64,000 bases of DNA from the human T2T-CHM13v2.0 reference genome, Homo sapiens, in the NCBI RefSeq assembly GCF_009914755.1, contig NC_060933.1; one strand, given 5' to 3'. Positions 13,280 through 27,156 of the stretch are shown piece by piece (position 1 is the first letter of the stretch; each line of letters begins with the position of its first letter). A program made the translations under genes and the position numbers. The notes beneath the pieces were generated by a model. The model ran no database searches and was not told where the DNA came from. It saw only the letters and a list, made by a program, of their open reading frames with translations.

Positions 13280-15650
13280 TCCAGTCAAGTTGATTCCATT
13301 CCATTCCATTCCATTCCATTCCATTCCATTCCATTACATTCGAGTTGATTCCATTCCATTCCATTCCATTCCAGTCCTTTCCATTCCATTCCACTCGGGT
13401 TGATTCCATTCCATTGCATTCCATTGCATTCCATTTCATTCCATTCCACTCCTTTCCATTCCATTCCATTCCATTGCAATCGGGTTGATTCCACTCCATT
13501 CCTTTCCATTCCATTCCATTGCCTTGCATTCTACTCGGGTTGATTCCATTCCCTTCTTTCCACTCCATTACATTCCCTTCCATTCCACTCAGAATGATTG
13601 ATTCCATTCCATTGCATTCCATTTCATTCCATTGCAATCCATTCCAATCCATTCCATTCCATTCCATTCCACTCGAGTTGATTTCATTCCATTCCTTTCC
13701 ATTCCATTCCATTCCTTTCCACTCGAGTTGATTCCATTCCATTCCATTCCATTGCATTCCATTCCATGCCATTCCACTCGGGTTGATTCCATTCCATTCC
13801 ATTCCATTCCATTCCATTCCATTCCATTCCATTGCATTCCATTCCATTCCTTTCCCCTGCACTCGGGTTGATTCCATTCCTTTCCATTCCATTTAATTCC
13901 ATTCCATTCCATTCCATTCCATTCCAATCCGTTCCATTCCATTCCATTCTATTCCATTACAATCGACTTGATTCCATTCCATTACATTCCATTCCATTCC
14001 ATTCCATTCCATTTTGTTCCAATCCATTCTATTCCGAACCATTCCATTCCATTCCATTCCCTTCCATGCCATTCCACTCAGGTTGATTCCATTCCTTTCC
14101 ATTCCATTCGGGTTGAATCCATTCCACTCCATTCCATTCCATTCGAATCCATTCCATTGCACTCGGGTTGATTCCATTCCATTCCATTCCATTCGATTCC
14201 ATTCCATTCCATTCCATTCCGTTCCATTCCATTTCTTTACATTCAGATTGATTCTATTCAATTCCCTTACACTCCATTATATTCCAATCCATTCTGGTTG
14301 TTTCCATTCCATTCCATTCCATTTCTCTCCATTCCATTGCACTCGGTTTGATTCCATTCCATTCCATTCCATTCCATTCCGGATGATTCCATTGCATTGC
14401 ATTCCATTCCATTCCGTTCCCCTGCACTCAGGTTGATTCCATTCCATTCCATTCCACTCCATTCGGTTCTGTTCCATTCCATTCTATTGCATTCCATTCT
14501 ATTCGGGTTAATTCCATTCCATTCTATTCCATTCCATTCCATTCCATTCCATTGAAATGGAGTTGATTCCATTCCATTCCATTCCATTCCGGATGATTCC
14601 ATTCCATTGCATTCCATTCCATTCCATTACCCTGCACTCGTGTTGATTCCATTACCTTCCATTCCATTCCAATCCGTTCCATTCCATTGCATTCCATTCT
14701 ATTCCGGTTAATTCAATTCCATTCCATTCCATTCCATTCCATTCCATTCCATTCCATTCCATTCCATTCCATTGTAATCGAGTTAATTCCATTCCATTCC
14801 TTTCCATTCCATTCCATTTCCTTGCATTCCCATCGGGTTGATTCCATTCCCTTCTTTCCACTCCATTACATTCCCTTCCATTCCACTCGGAATGATTGAT
14901 TCCATTCCATTCCATTCCATTTCATTCCGTTGCAATCCATTCCAATCCATTCCATTCCATTCCATTCCACTCGAGTTGATTTCCTTCCATTCCTTTCCAT
15001 TCCAGTCCATTCCTTTCCACTCGAGTTGATTCCATTCCCTTCCATTCCATTGCATTCCTTTCCTTGCCATTCAACTCGGGTTGATTCCATTCCTTTGCAT
15101 TCCATTCCATTCCATTCCATTCCATTCCATTCCATTCCATTCCATTCCGTTGCATTCCATTGCATTACATTCGGATTGATTCTATTCAACTCACTTACTC
15201 TCCATTACATTCCATTCCATTCAGGTTGTTCCATTCCATTCCATTCCATTCCACTCCATTCCATTGCACTCGGGTTGATTCCATTCCATTCCATTCCATT
15301 CCATTCCGGATGATTCCATTCCATTGCATTCCGTTCCATTACATTCCCCTGCACTCGCGTTGATTCCATTCCATTCCATTCCATTCCATTCAATTCCATT
15401 CCATTAGAATTCGTTCCATTCCATTCTATTCCGTACCATTCCATTGCATTCCATACCATTCCATTCCATTCCATTCCATTCCATTCCATTCCGTTCCATT
15501 CCGTTCCATTCCATTCCATTCCATTCCATTCTATTCGGGTTAATTCCATTCCATTCCATTCCATTCCATTCTATTCCATTCCATTGCAATCGAGTTGAAT
15601 CCATTGCATTTCATTCCATTCCATTCCATTCCATTCCATTCCGGAAGTTT
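13280..15650 (+). repeat. Block E copy 2
   Basis: Matches ~4540-6900 at offset ~8.72 kb (ORFs 4796/13519, 4866/13589, 4909/13632). Confidence 0.85.
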
Positions 15651-16708
15651 CCATTCCATTGCATTCCATTCCATTCCATTCCCCTGCACTCGCGTTGATT
15701 CCATTCCATGCCATTCCATTCCATTCCATTCCATTCCATTCCGTTCCGTTCCGTTCCGTTCCGTTACATTCCATTCCATTCCATCCCATTCCATTCCTTT
15801 CCGTTCCATTCCATTCCATTCCATTCTATTCGGGTTAATTCCATTCCATTCCATTCGATTGCAATCGTGTTGATTCCATTCCATTCCATTCCATTCCATT
15901 CCATTCCATTCCATTCCATTCCTTTCCATTCCATTACGGATGATTCCATTCCATTGCATTCCATTCCATTCCATTCCCCTGTACTCGGGTTGATTCCATT
16001 CCATTGCATTCCAATCCATGCCCTTCCACTCGTGTTGATTCCATTCTTTCCATTCCATTCTAGTTGAATCCATTCCATTGCATTCCATTTCATTCGATTC
16101 CATTCGATTGCACTCGGGTTGATTCCATTCCATTGCATTCCATTCCATTCCATTCCGTTCCATTCCATTCCATTACATTCGGATTGATTCTATTCAATTC
16201 CCTTACACTCCATTATATTCCATTCCATTCGGGTTGATTCCATTCCATTCCATTTCATTCCATTCCATTCCATTCCATTACAATCGAGTTGATTCCATTC
16301 CATTCCATTCCATTCCAGTCCTTTCCATTCCATTCCACTAGGGTTGATTCCATTCTATTAGTTTCCATTCCATTCCATTTCCTTCCATTCCACTGTGGTT
16401 GATTCCATTCCTTTCCATTCCACTCGAATACATTCCCTCCTATTCCACTCGGAACGATTCCATTCCATTCCATTCCATTCCATTCCATTCCATTCCATTC
16501 CATTTCGTTCCATTCCATTCTATTCCGTATCATTCCATTCCATTCCATTCCATTCCATTCCATTCCATTCCATTCCATTCCATTGTACTCGGGTTGATTC
16601 CATTGCATTCCATTCCACTCCATTCGATTCCATTCCATTCCCCTGCACTCGCGTTGATTCCATTCCATTCCATACCATTCCATTCCATTCCATTCCTTTC
16701 CATTCCAT

Positions 16709-19700
16709 TCCTTTCCATTCCAGTCCTTTCCATTCCATTCCACTCGGGTTGATTCCATTCTATTAGTTTCTATTCCATTCCATTCCCTTCCATTCCACTC
16801 TGGTTGATTCCATTCCTTTCCATTCCACTCGAATACATTCCCTCCTATTCCACTCGGAACGATTCCATTCCATTCCATTCCATTCCATTCCATTCCATTG
16901 CATTCCATTCCATTCCATTTCGTTGCATTCCATTCTATTCCGTATCATTCCCTTCCATTCCATTCCATTCCATTCCATTCCACTCGTGTTGATTCCATTC
17001 CTTTCCATTCCATTCGGGTTGAAGGCATTCCATTCCATTCCATTCCATTCCATTCCATTCCATTCCATTCAATTGTACTCGGGTTGATTCCATTCCATTG
17101 CATTCCATTCCATTCCATTCCATTCCATTCCGTTGCATTCCATTCCATTACATTCGGATTGATTCTATTCAACTCCCTTACTCTCCATTACATTCCATTC
17201 CATTTGGGTTGTTCCATTCCATTCCATTCCATTCCACTCCATTCCATGGCACTCGGGTTGATTCCATTCCATTCCATTCCATTCCATTCCGGATGATTCC
17301 ATTCCATTGCATTCCGTTCCATTACATTCCCCTGCACTCGCGTTGATTCCATTCCATTCCATTCCATTCCATTCAATTCCATTCCATTACAATTCGTTCC
17401 ATTCCATTCTATTCCGTACCATTCCATTCCATTCCATACCATTCCATTCCATTCCATTCCCTTCCATTCCATTCCGTTCCATTCCGTTCCATTCCATTCC
17501 ATTCCATTCTATTCGGGTTAATTCCATTCCATTCCATTCCATTCCATTCCATTCTATTCCATTCCATTGCAATCGAGTTGAATCCATTGCATTTCATTCC
17601 ATTCCATTCCATTCCATTCCATTCCGGAAGATTCCATTCCATTGCATTCTATTCCATTCCATTCCCCTGCACTCGCGTTGATTCCATTCCATTCCATTCC
17701 ATTCCATTCAATTCCATTCCATTCCGTTCCGTTCCATTCCATTCCATTCCATTCCATTCCATTCCATTCCGTTCCGTTCCATTCCATTCCATTCCATTCT
17801 ATTCGGGTTAATTCCATTCCATTCCGTTCGATTGCAATCGACTTGATTCCATTCCATTCCATTCCATTGCATTCCATTCCATTCCATTCCATTCCTTTCC
17901 ATTCCATTACGGATGATTCCATTCCATTGCATTCCATTCCATTCCATTCACCTGTACTCGGGTTGATTCCATTCCATTCCATTCCAATCCTTGCCATTCC
18001 ACTCGTGTTGATTCCATTCTTTCCATTCCATTCAAGTTGAATCCATTCCATTGCATTCCATTCCATTCGATTCCATTCGATTGCACTCAGGTTGATTCCA
18101 TTCCATTGCATTCCATTCCATTCCATTCCATTCCATTCCATTCCGTTCCATTCCATTCCATTACATTCGGATTGATTCTATTCAATTCCCTTACACTCCA
18201 TTACATTCCATTCCATTCGGGTAGTTTCCACTCCATTCCATTCCATTCCTCTCCATTCCATTGCACTCGGGTTGATTGCATTCCATTGCATTCCATTCCA
18301 TTCCATTCAATTCCATTCCGTTCCATTCCATTCCATTACATTCGGATTGATTCTATTCAACTCCCTTACTCTCCATTACATTTGATTCCATTCGGGTTGT
18401 TCCATTCCATTCCATTCCATTCCACTGCATTCCATTGCACTCGAGTTGATTCCATTCCTTTCCATTACATTCCGGACGATTCCATTCCATTACATTCCAT
18501 TACATTCCATTCCCCTGCACTCGCGTTGATTCCATTCCATTCCGTTCCATTCCATTCCATTCCTTTCCGTTCCATTCCATTCCATTCCATTCCATTCCAT
18601 TCCATTCCGTTCCGTTCCGTTCCATTCCATTCCATTCCATTCTATTCGGGTTAATTCCATTCCATTCCATTCGATTGCAATCGAGTTGATTCCATTCCAT
18701 TCCATTCCATTCCATTCCATTCCATTCCATTCCTTTCCATTCCATTACGGATGATTCCATTCCATTGCATTCCATTCCATTACATTCCCCTGTACTCGGG
18801 TTGATTCCATTCCATTGCATTCCAATCCATGCCCTTCCACTCGTGTTGATTCCATTCTTTCCATTCCATTCAAGTTGAATCCATTCCATTGAATTCCATT
18901 CCATTCGATTCCATTCGATTGCACTCGGGTTGATTCCATTCCATTGCATTCCATTCCATTCCATTCCGTTCCATTCTCTTCCATTACATTCGGATTGATT
19001 CTATTCAATTCCCTTACACTCCATTATATTCCATTCCATTCGGGTTGATTCCATTCCATTCCATTCCATTCCATTCCATTCCATTCCATTACAATCGAGT
19101 TGATTCCATACCATTCCATTCCATTCCAGTCCTTTCCATTCCATTCCACTAGGGTTGATTCCATTCTATTAGTTTCCATTCCATTCCATTCCCTTCCATT
19201 CCACTCTGGTTGATTCCATTCCTTTCCATTCCACTCGAATACATTCCCTCCTATTCCACTCGGAACGATTCCATTCCATTCCATTCCATTCCATTCCATT
19301 CCACTCCATTCCATTCCATTCTATTTCGTTCCATTCCATTCCACTCGTGTTGATTCCATTACTTTCAATTCCATGCGGTTTGAAGGCATTCCATTCCATT
19401 CAATTCCATTCCATTCCATTCCATTCCATTCCATTCCATTCCATTGTATTCGGGTTGATTCAATTCTATTGCATTCCATTCCATTCCATTCCGTTGCATT
19501 CCATTCCATTTCATTCGGATTGATTGTATTCAAATCCCATACTCTCCATTACATTCCATTCCATTCGTGTTGTTCCATTCCATTCCATTCCATTCCATTC
19601 CATTCCATTCCATACCATTCCATTCCATTCCATTCCATTCCATTCCGTTCCATTCCGTTCCATTCCATTCCATTCATTTCTATTCGGGTTAATTCCATTC

Positions 19701-21045
19701 CATTCCATTCCATTCCATTCCATTCTATTCCATTCCATTGCAATCGAGTTGAATCCATTGCATTTCATTCCATTCCATTCCATTCCATTCCATTCCGGAA
19801 GATTCCATTCCATTGCATTCCATTCCATTCCATTCCCCTGCACTCGCGTTGATTCCATTCCATTCCATTCCATTCCATTCCATTCCGTTCCGTTCCGTTC
19901 CATTCCATTCCATTCCATTCCATTCCATTCCATTCCATTCCGTTCCATTCCATTCCATTCCATTCCACTCTATTCGGGTTAATTCCATTCCATTCCATTC
20001 GATTGCAATCGAGTTGATTCCATTCCATTCCATTCCATTCCATTCCATTCCTTTCCCCTGTACTCGGGTTGATTCCATTCCATTCCATTCCAATCCATGC
20101 CATTCCACTCGTGTTGATTCCATTCTTTCCTTTCCATTCAAGATGAATCCATTCCATTGCATTCCATTCCATTCGATTCCATTCGTTTGCACTCGTGTTG
20201 ATTCCATGGCATTGCATTCCATTCCATTCCATTCCATTCCATTCCATTCCATTCCATTCCATTCCATTCCTTTCCATTCCATTCCATTTCATTCGGATTC
20301 ATTCTATTCAATTCCCTTACACTCCATTACATTACATTCCATTCCGGTTGTTCCATTCCATTCCATTCCATTCCACTCCATTCCATTGCACTGGGGTTGA
20401 TTCCATTCCATTCCTTTCCATTCCATTCCATTCCATTCCGGATGATTCCATTCCATTGCATTCCGTTCCATTCCATTCCCCTGCAGTCGCGTTGATTCCA
20501 TTCCATTCCATTCCATTCCATTCCATTCCATTCCATTCCATTCCATTCCATTCCTTTGTACTCGGGTTGATTCCATTCCATTGCATTCCATTCCATTCCA
20601 TTCCATTCCATTCCATTCCATTCCATTCCGTTGCTTTCCATTCCATTACATTCGGATTGATTCTATTCAACTCACTTACTCTCCATTACATTCCATTCCA
20701 TTCGGGTTGTTCCATTCCATTGCATTCCATTCCACTCCATTCCATTGCACTCGGGTTGATTCCATTCCATTCCATTCCATTCCATTCCATTCCATTCCGG
20801 ATGATTCCATTCCATTGCATTCCGTTCCATTACATTCCCCTGCACTCGCGTTGATTCCATTCCATTCCATTCCATTCCATTCAATTCCATTCCATTACAA
20901 TTCGTTCCATTCCATTCTATTCCGTACCATTCCATTCCATTCCATACCATTCCATTCCATTCCATTCCATTCCATTCCATTCCATTCCATTCCGTTCCAT
21001 TCCGTTCCATTCCATTCCATTCCATTCCATTCTATTCGGGTTAAT
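16709..21045 (+). repeat. ~4.3 kb copy of window positions 1 to ~4330
   Basis: Position 1 aligns to 16709. ORF pairs 96/16804, 1324/18037, 2846/19524, 3135/19813, 3517/20195. Confidence 0.85.
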
Positions 21046-21929
21046 TCCATTCCATTCCATTCCATTCCATTCCATTCCATTCCATTCCATTCCTTTCCAT
21101 TCCATTACGGATGATTCCATTCCATTCCATTGCATTCCATTCCATTACATTCCCCTGTACTCGGGTTGATTCCATTCCATTGCATTGCAATCCATGCCCT
21201 TCCACTCGTGTTGATTCCATTCTTTCCATTCCATTCTAGTTGAATCCATTCCATTGCATTCCATTTCATTCGATTCCATTCGATTGCACTCGGGTTGATT
21301 CCATTCCATTGCATTCCATTCCATTCCATTCCGTTCCATTCCATTCCATTACATTCGGATTGATTCTATTCAATTCCCTTACACTCCATTATATTCCATT
21401 CCATTCGGGTTGATTCCATTCCATTCCATTCCATTCCATTCCATTCCATTACAATCGAGTTGATTCCATTCCTTGCCATTCCATTCCAGTCCTTTCCATT
21501 CCATTCCACTAGGGTTGATTCCATTCTATTAGTTTCCATTCCATTCCATTCCCTTCCATTCCACTCTGGTTGATTCCATTCCTTTCCATTCCACTCGAAT
21601 ACATTCCCTCCTAATCCACTCGGAACGATTCCATTCCATTCCATTCCATTCCATTCCATTCCATTCCATTCCATTCCATTCCGTTCCATTCCATTCCATT
21701 CCATTCCATTTCGTTCCATTCCATTCTATTCCGTATCATTCCATTCCATTCCATTCCATTCCATTCCATTCCATTCCATTCCATTCCATTCCATTCCATT
21801 GTACTCGGGTTGATTCCATTCCATTCCATTCCATTCCATTCGATTCCATTCCATTCCCCTGCACTCGCGTTGATTCCATTCCATTCCATACCATTCCATT
21901 CCATTCCATTCCATTCCTTTCCATTCCAT

Positions 21930-24900
21930 TCCTTTCCATTCCAGTCCTTTCCATTCCATTCCACTCGGGTTGATTCCATTCTATTAGTTTCTATTCCATT
22001 CCATTCCCTTCCATTCCACTCTGGTTGATTCCATTCCTTTCCATTCCACTCGAATACATTCCCTCCTATTCCACTCGGAACGATTCCATTCCATTCCATT
22101 CCACTCCCTTCCATTCCATTCCATTCCATTCCATTTCGTTGCATTCCATTCTATTCCGTATCATTCCATTCCATTCCATTCCATTCCATTCCATTCCATT
22201 CCACTCGTGTTGATTCCATTCCTTTCCATTCCATTCGGTTTGAAGGCATTCCATTCCATTCCATTCCATTCCATTCCATTCAATTGTACTCGCGTTGATT
22301 CCATTCCATTGCATTCCATTCCATTCCATTCCATTCCATTCCGTTGCATTCCATTCCATTACATTCGGATTGATTCTATTCAACTCCCTTACTCTCCATT
22401 ACATTCCATTCCATTCGGGTTGTTCCATTCCATTCCATTCCATTCCATTCCATTCCTTTCCATACCATTCCATTCCATTCCATTCAATTCCATTCCGTTC
22501 CATTCCGTTCCATTCCATTCCATTCCATTCTATTCGGGTTAATTCCATTCCATTCCATTCCATTCCATTCCATTCTATTCCATTCCATTGCAATCGAGTT
22601 GAATCCACTGCATTTCATTCCATTCCATTCCATTCCATTCCTTTCCGGAAGATTCCATTCCATTGCATTCCATTCCATTCCATTCCCCTGCACTCGCGTT
22701 GATTCCATTCCATTCCATTCCATTCCATTCCATTCCACTCCGTTCCGTTCCGTTCCGTTCCACTCCATTCCATTCCATTCCATTCCATTCCGTTCCGTTC
22801 CATTCCATTCCATTCCATTCCACTCTATTCGGGTTAATTCCATTCCATTCTATTCGATTGCAATCGAGTTGATTCCATTCCATTCCATTCCATTCCATTC
22901 CATTCCTTTCCCCTGTACTCGGGTTGATTCCATTCCATTCCATTCCAATCCATGCCATTCCACTCGTGTTGATTCCATTCTTTCCATTCCATTCAAGATG
23001 AATCCATTCTATTGTATTCCATTCCATTCGATTCCATTCGTTTGCACTCGTGTTGATTCCATGGCATTGCATTCCATTCCATTCCATTCCATTCCATTCC
23101 ATTCCATTCCTTTCCATTCCATTCCATTCCATTCGGATTCATTCTATTCAATTCCCTTACACTCCATTACATTACATTGCATTCCGGTTGTTCCATTCCA
23201 TTCCATTCCATTCCACTCCATTCCATTGCACTGGGGTTGATTCCATTCCATTCCTTTCCATTCCTTTCCATTCCATTCCGGATGATTCCATTCCATTGCA
23301 TTCCGTTCCATTCCATTCCCCTGCAGTCGCGTTGATTCCATTCCATTCCATTCCATTCCATTCCATTCCATTCCATTCCATTCCATTCCATTCCATTCCA
23401 TTGTACTCGGGTTGATTCCATTCCATTGCATTCCATTCCATTCCATTCCATTCCATTCCGTTGCTTTCCATTCCATTACATTCGGATTGATTCTATTCAA
23501 CTCCCTTACTCTCCATTACATTCCATTCCATTCGGGTTCTTCCATTCCATTCCATTCCATTCCACTCCATTCCATTGCACTCGGGTTGATTCCATTCCAT
23601 TCCATTCCATTCCATTCATTCCGGATGATTCCATTCCATTCCATTCCATTCCATTCCATTCAATTCCATTCCATTACAATTCGTTCCATTCCATTCTATT
23701 CCGTACAATTACATTCCATTCCATACCATTCCATTCCATTCCATTCCATTCCATTCCGTTCCATTCCGTTCCATTCCATTCCATTCCATTCTATTCGGGT
23801 TAATTCCATTCCATTCCATTCCGTTCCATTCCATTCCATTCCATTCCATTGCATTCCATTCCGGTCCATTCCGTTCCATTCCATTCCATTCCATTCTATT
23901 CGGGTTAATTCCATTCCATTCCATTCCATTCCATTCCATTCCATTCCATTCTATTCCATTCCATTGCAATCGAGTTGAATCCATTGCATTTCATTCCATT
24001 CCATTCCATTCCATTCCAATCAAGTTGATTCCATTCCATTCCATTCCATTCCATTCCATTCCATTCCATTCCATTCCATTACAATCGAGTTGATTCCATT
24101 CCATTCCATTCCATTCCAGTCGTTTCCATTCCATTCCACTCGGGTTGATTCCATTCCATTGCATTCCATTCCATTCCATTTCATTCCATTCCATTCCTTT
24201 CCATTCCATTCCATTCCATTGCAATCGGGTTGATTCCACTCCATTCCTTTCCATTCCATTCCATTGCCTTGCATTCTACTCGGGTTGATTCCATTCCCTT
24301 CTTTCCACTCCATTACATTCCCTTCCATTCCACTCAGAATGATTGATTCCATTCCATTGCATTCCATTTCATTGCATTGCAATCCATTCCAATCCATTCC
24401 ATTCCATTCCATTCCACTCGAGTTGATTTCATTCCATTCCTTTCCATTCCATTCCATTCCTTTCCACTCGAGTTGATTCCATTCCATTCCATTCCATTGC
24501 ATTCCATTCCATGCCATTCCACTCGGGTTGATTCCATTCCATTCCATTCCGTTCCATTCCATTCCATTCCATTCCATTGCATTCCATTCCATTCCTTTCC
24601 CCTGCACTCGGGTTGATTCCATTCCTTTCCATTCCATTTAATTCCATTCCATTCCATTCCATTCCATTCCAATCCGTTCCATTCCATTCCATTCTATTCC
24701 ATTGCAATCGACTTGATTCCATTCCATTCCATTCCATTCCATTCCATTCCATTCCATTCCATTGCATTTTGTTCCAATCCATTCTATTCCGAACCATTCC
24801 ATTCCATTCCATTCCATTCCATTCCATTCCATTCCATGCCATTCCACTCGGGTTGATTCCATTCCTTTCCATTCCATTAGGGTTGAATCCATTCCACTCC

Positions 24901-26600
24901 ATTCCATTCCATTCGAATCCATTCCATTACACTCGGGTTGATTCCATTCCATTCCATTCCATTCGATTCCATTCCATTCCATTCCATTCCGTTCCATTCC
25001 ATTTCATTACATTCAGATTGATTCTATTCAATTCCCTTACACTCCATTATATTCCAATCCATTCTGTTTGTTTCCATTCCATTCCATTCCATTTCACTCC
25101 ATTCCATTGCACTCGGTTTGATTCCATTCCATTCCATTCCATTCCATTCCGGATGATTCCATTCCATTGCATTCCATTCCATTCCATTCCCCTGCACTCA
25201 GGTTGATTCCATTCCATTCCATTCCACTCCATTCGGTTCTGTTCCATTCCATTCTATTGCATTCCATTCTATTCGGGTTAATTCCATTCCATTCTATTCC
25301 ATTCCATTCCATTCCATTCCATTGCAATGGAGTTGATTCCATTCCATTCCATTCCATTCCGGATGATTCCATTCCATTGCATTCCATTCCATTCCATTAC
25401 CCTGCTCTCGTGTTGATTCCATTACCTTCCATTCCATTCCACTCCGTTCCATTCCATTGCATTCCATTCTATTCCGGTTAATTCCATTCCATTCCATTCC
25501 ATTCCATACCATTCCATTCCATTCCATTGTAATCGAGTTGATTCCATTCCATTCCTTTCCATTCCATTCCATTGCCTTGCATTCCAATCGGGTTGATTCC
25601 ATTCCCTTCTTTCCACTCCATTACATTCCCTTCCATTCCACTCGGAATGATTGATTCCATTCCATTCCATTCCATTTCATTCCGTTGCAATCCATTCCAA
25701 TCCATTCCATTCCATTCCATTCCACTCGAGTTGATTTCCTTCCATTACTTTCCATTCCATTCCATTCCTTTCCACTCGAGTTGATTCCATTCCCTTCCAT
25801 TCCATTGCATTCCTTTCCTTGCCATTCAACTCGGGTTGATTCCATACCTTTGCATTCCATTCCATTCCATTCCATTCCATTCCGTTGCATTCCATTCCAT
25901 TACATTCGGATTGATTCTATTCAACTCACTTATTCTCCATTACATTCCATTCCATTCGGGTTGTTCCATTCCATTCCATTCCATTCCACTCCATTCCATT
26001 GCACTCGGGTTGATTCCATTGCATTCCATTCAATTCCATTCCATTCCGGATGATTCCATTCCATTGCATTCCGTTCCATTACATTCCCCTGCACTCGCGT
26101 TGATTCCATTCCATTCCATTCCATTCCATTCCATTCAATTCCATTCCATTACAATTCGTTCCATTCCATTCTATTCCGTACCATTCCATTCCATTCCATA
26201 CCATTCCATTCCATTCCATTCCATTCCATTCCATTCCATTCCGTTCCATTCCATTCCATTCCATTCCATTCTATTCGGGTTAATTCCATTCCATTCCATT
26301 CCATTCCATTCTATTCCATTCCATTGCAATCGAGTTGAATCCATTGCATTTCATTCCATTCCATTCCATTCCATTCCATTCCGGAAGATTCCATTCCATT
26401 GCATTACATTCCATTCCATTCCCCTGTACTCGGGTTGATTCCATTCCATTGCATTCCAATCCATGCCCTTCCACTCGTGTTGATTCCATTCTTTCCATTC
26501 CATTCAAGTTGAATCCATTCCATTGCATTCCATTCCATTCGATTCCATTCGATTGCACTCGGGTTGATTCCATTCCATTGCATTCCATTCCATTCCATTC
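21930..26600 (+). repeat. Copy of 1 to ~7250 with a ~2.4 kb internal deletion (contains block E copy 3)
   Basis: 21930-22420 matches 1-~500 (identical ORF 96/22025). From ~22420 it matches ~2890 onward at offset ~19.5 kb (ORFs 5611/25094, 6089/25572). Confidence 0.8.
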
Positions 26601-27156
26601 CGTTCCATTCCATTCCATTACATTCGGATTGATTCTATTCAATTCCCTTACACTCCATTATATTCCATTCCATACGGGTTGATTCCATTCCATTCCATTC
26701 CATTCCATTCCATTCCATTACAATCGAGTTGATTCCATTCCATTCCATTCCATTCCAGTCCTTTCCATTCCATTCCACTAGGGTTGATTCCATTCTATTA
26801 GTTTCCATTCCATTCCATTCCCTTCCATTCCACTCTGGTTGATTCCATTCCTTTCCATTCCACTCGAATACATTCCCTCCTATTCCACTCGGAACGATTC
26901 CATTCCATTCCATTCCATTCCATTCCATTCCATTCCATTCCATTCCATTTCGTTCCATTCCATTCTATTCCGTATCATTCCATTCCATTCCATTCCATTC
27001 CATTCCATTCCATTCCATTCCATTGTACTCGGGTTGATTCCATTCCATTAAATAATTCCATTCCATTCGATTCCATTCCATTCCCCTGCACTCGCGTTGA
27101 TTCCATTCCATTCCATACCATTCCATTCCATTCCATTCCATTCCTTTCCATTCCAT

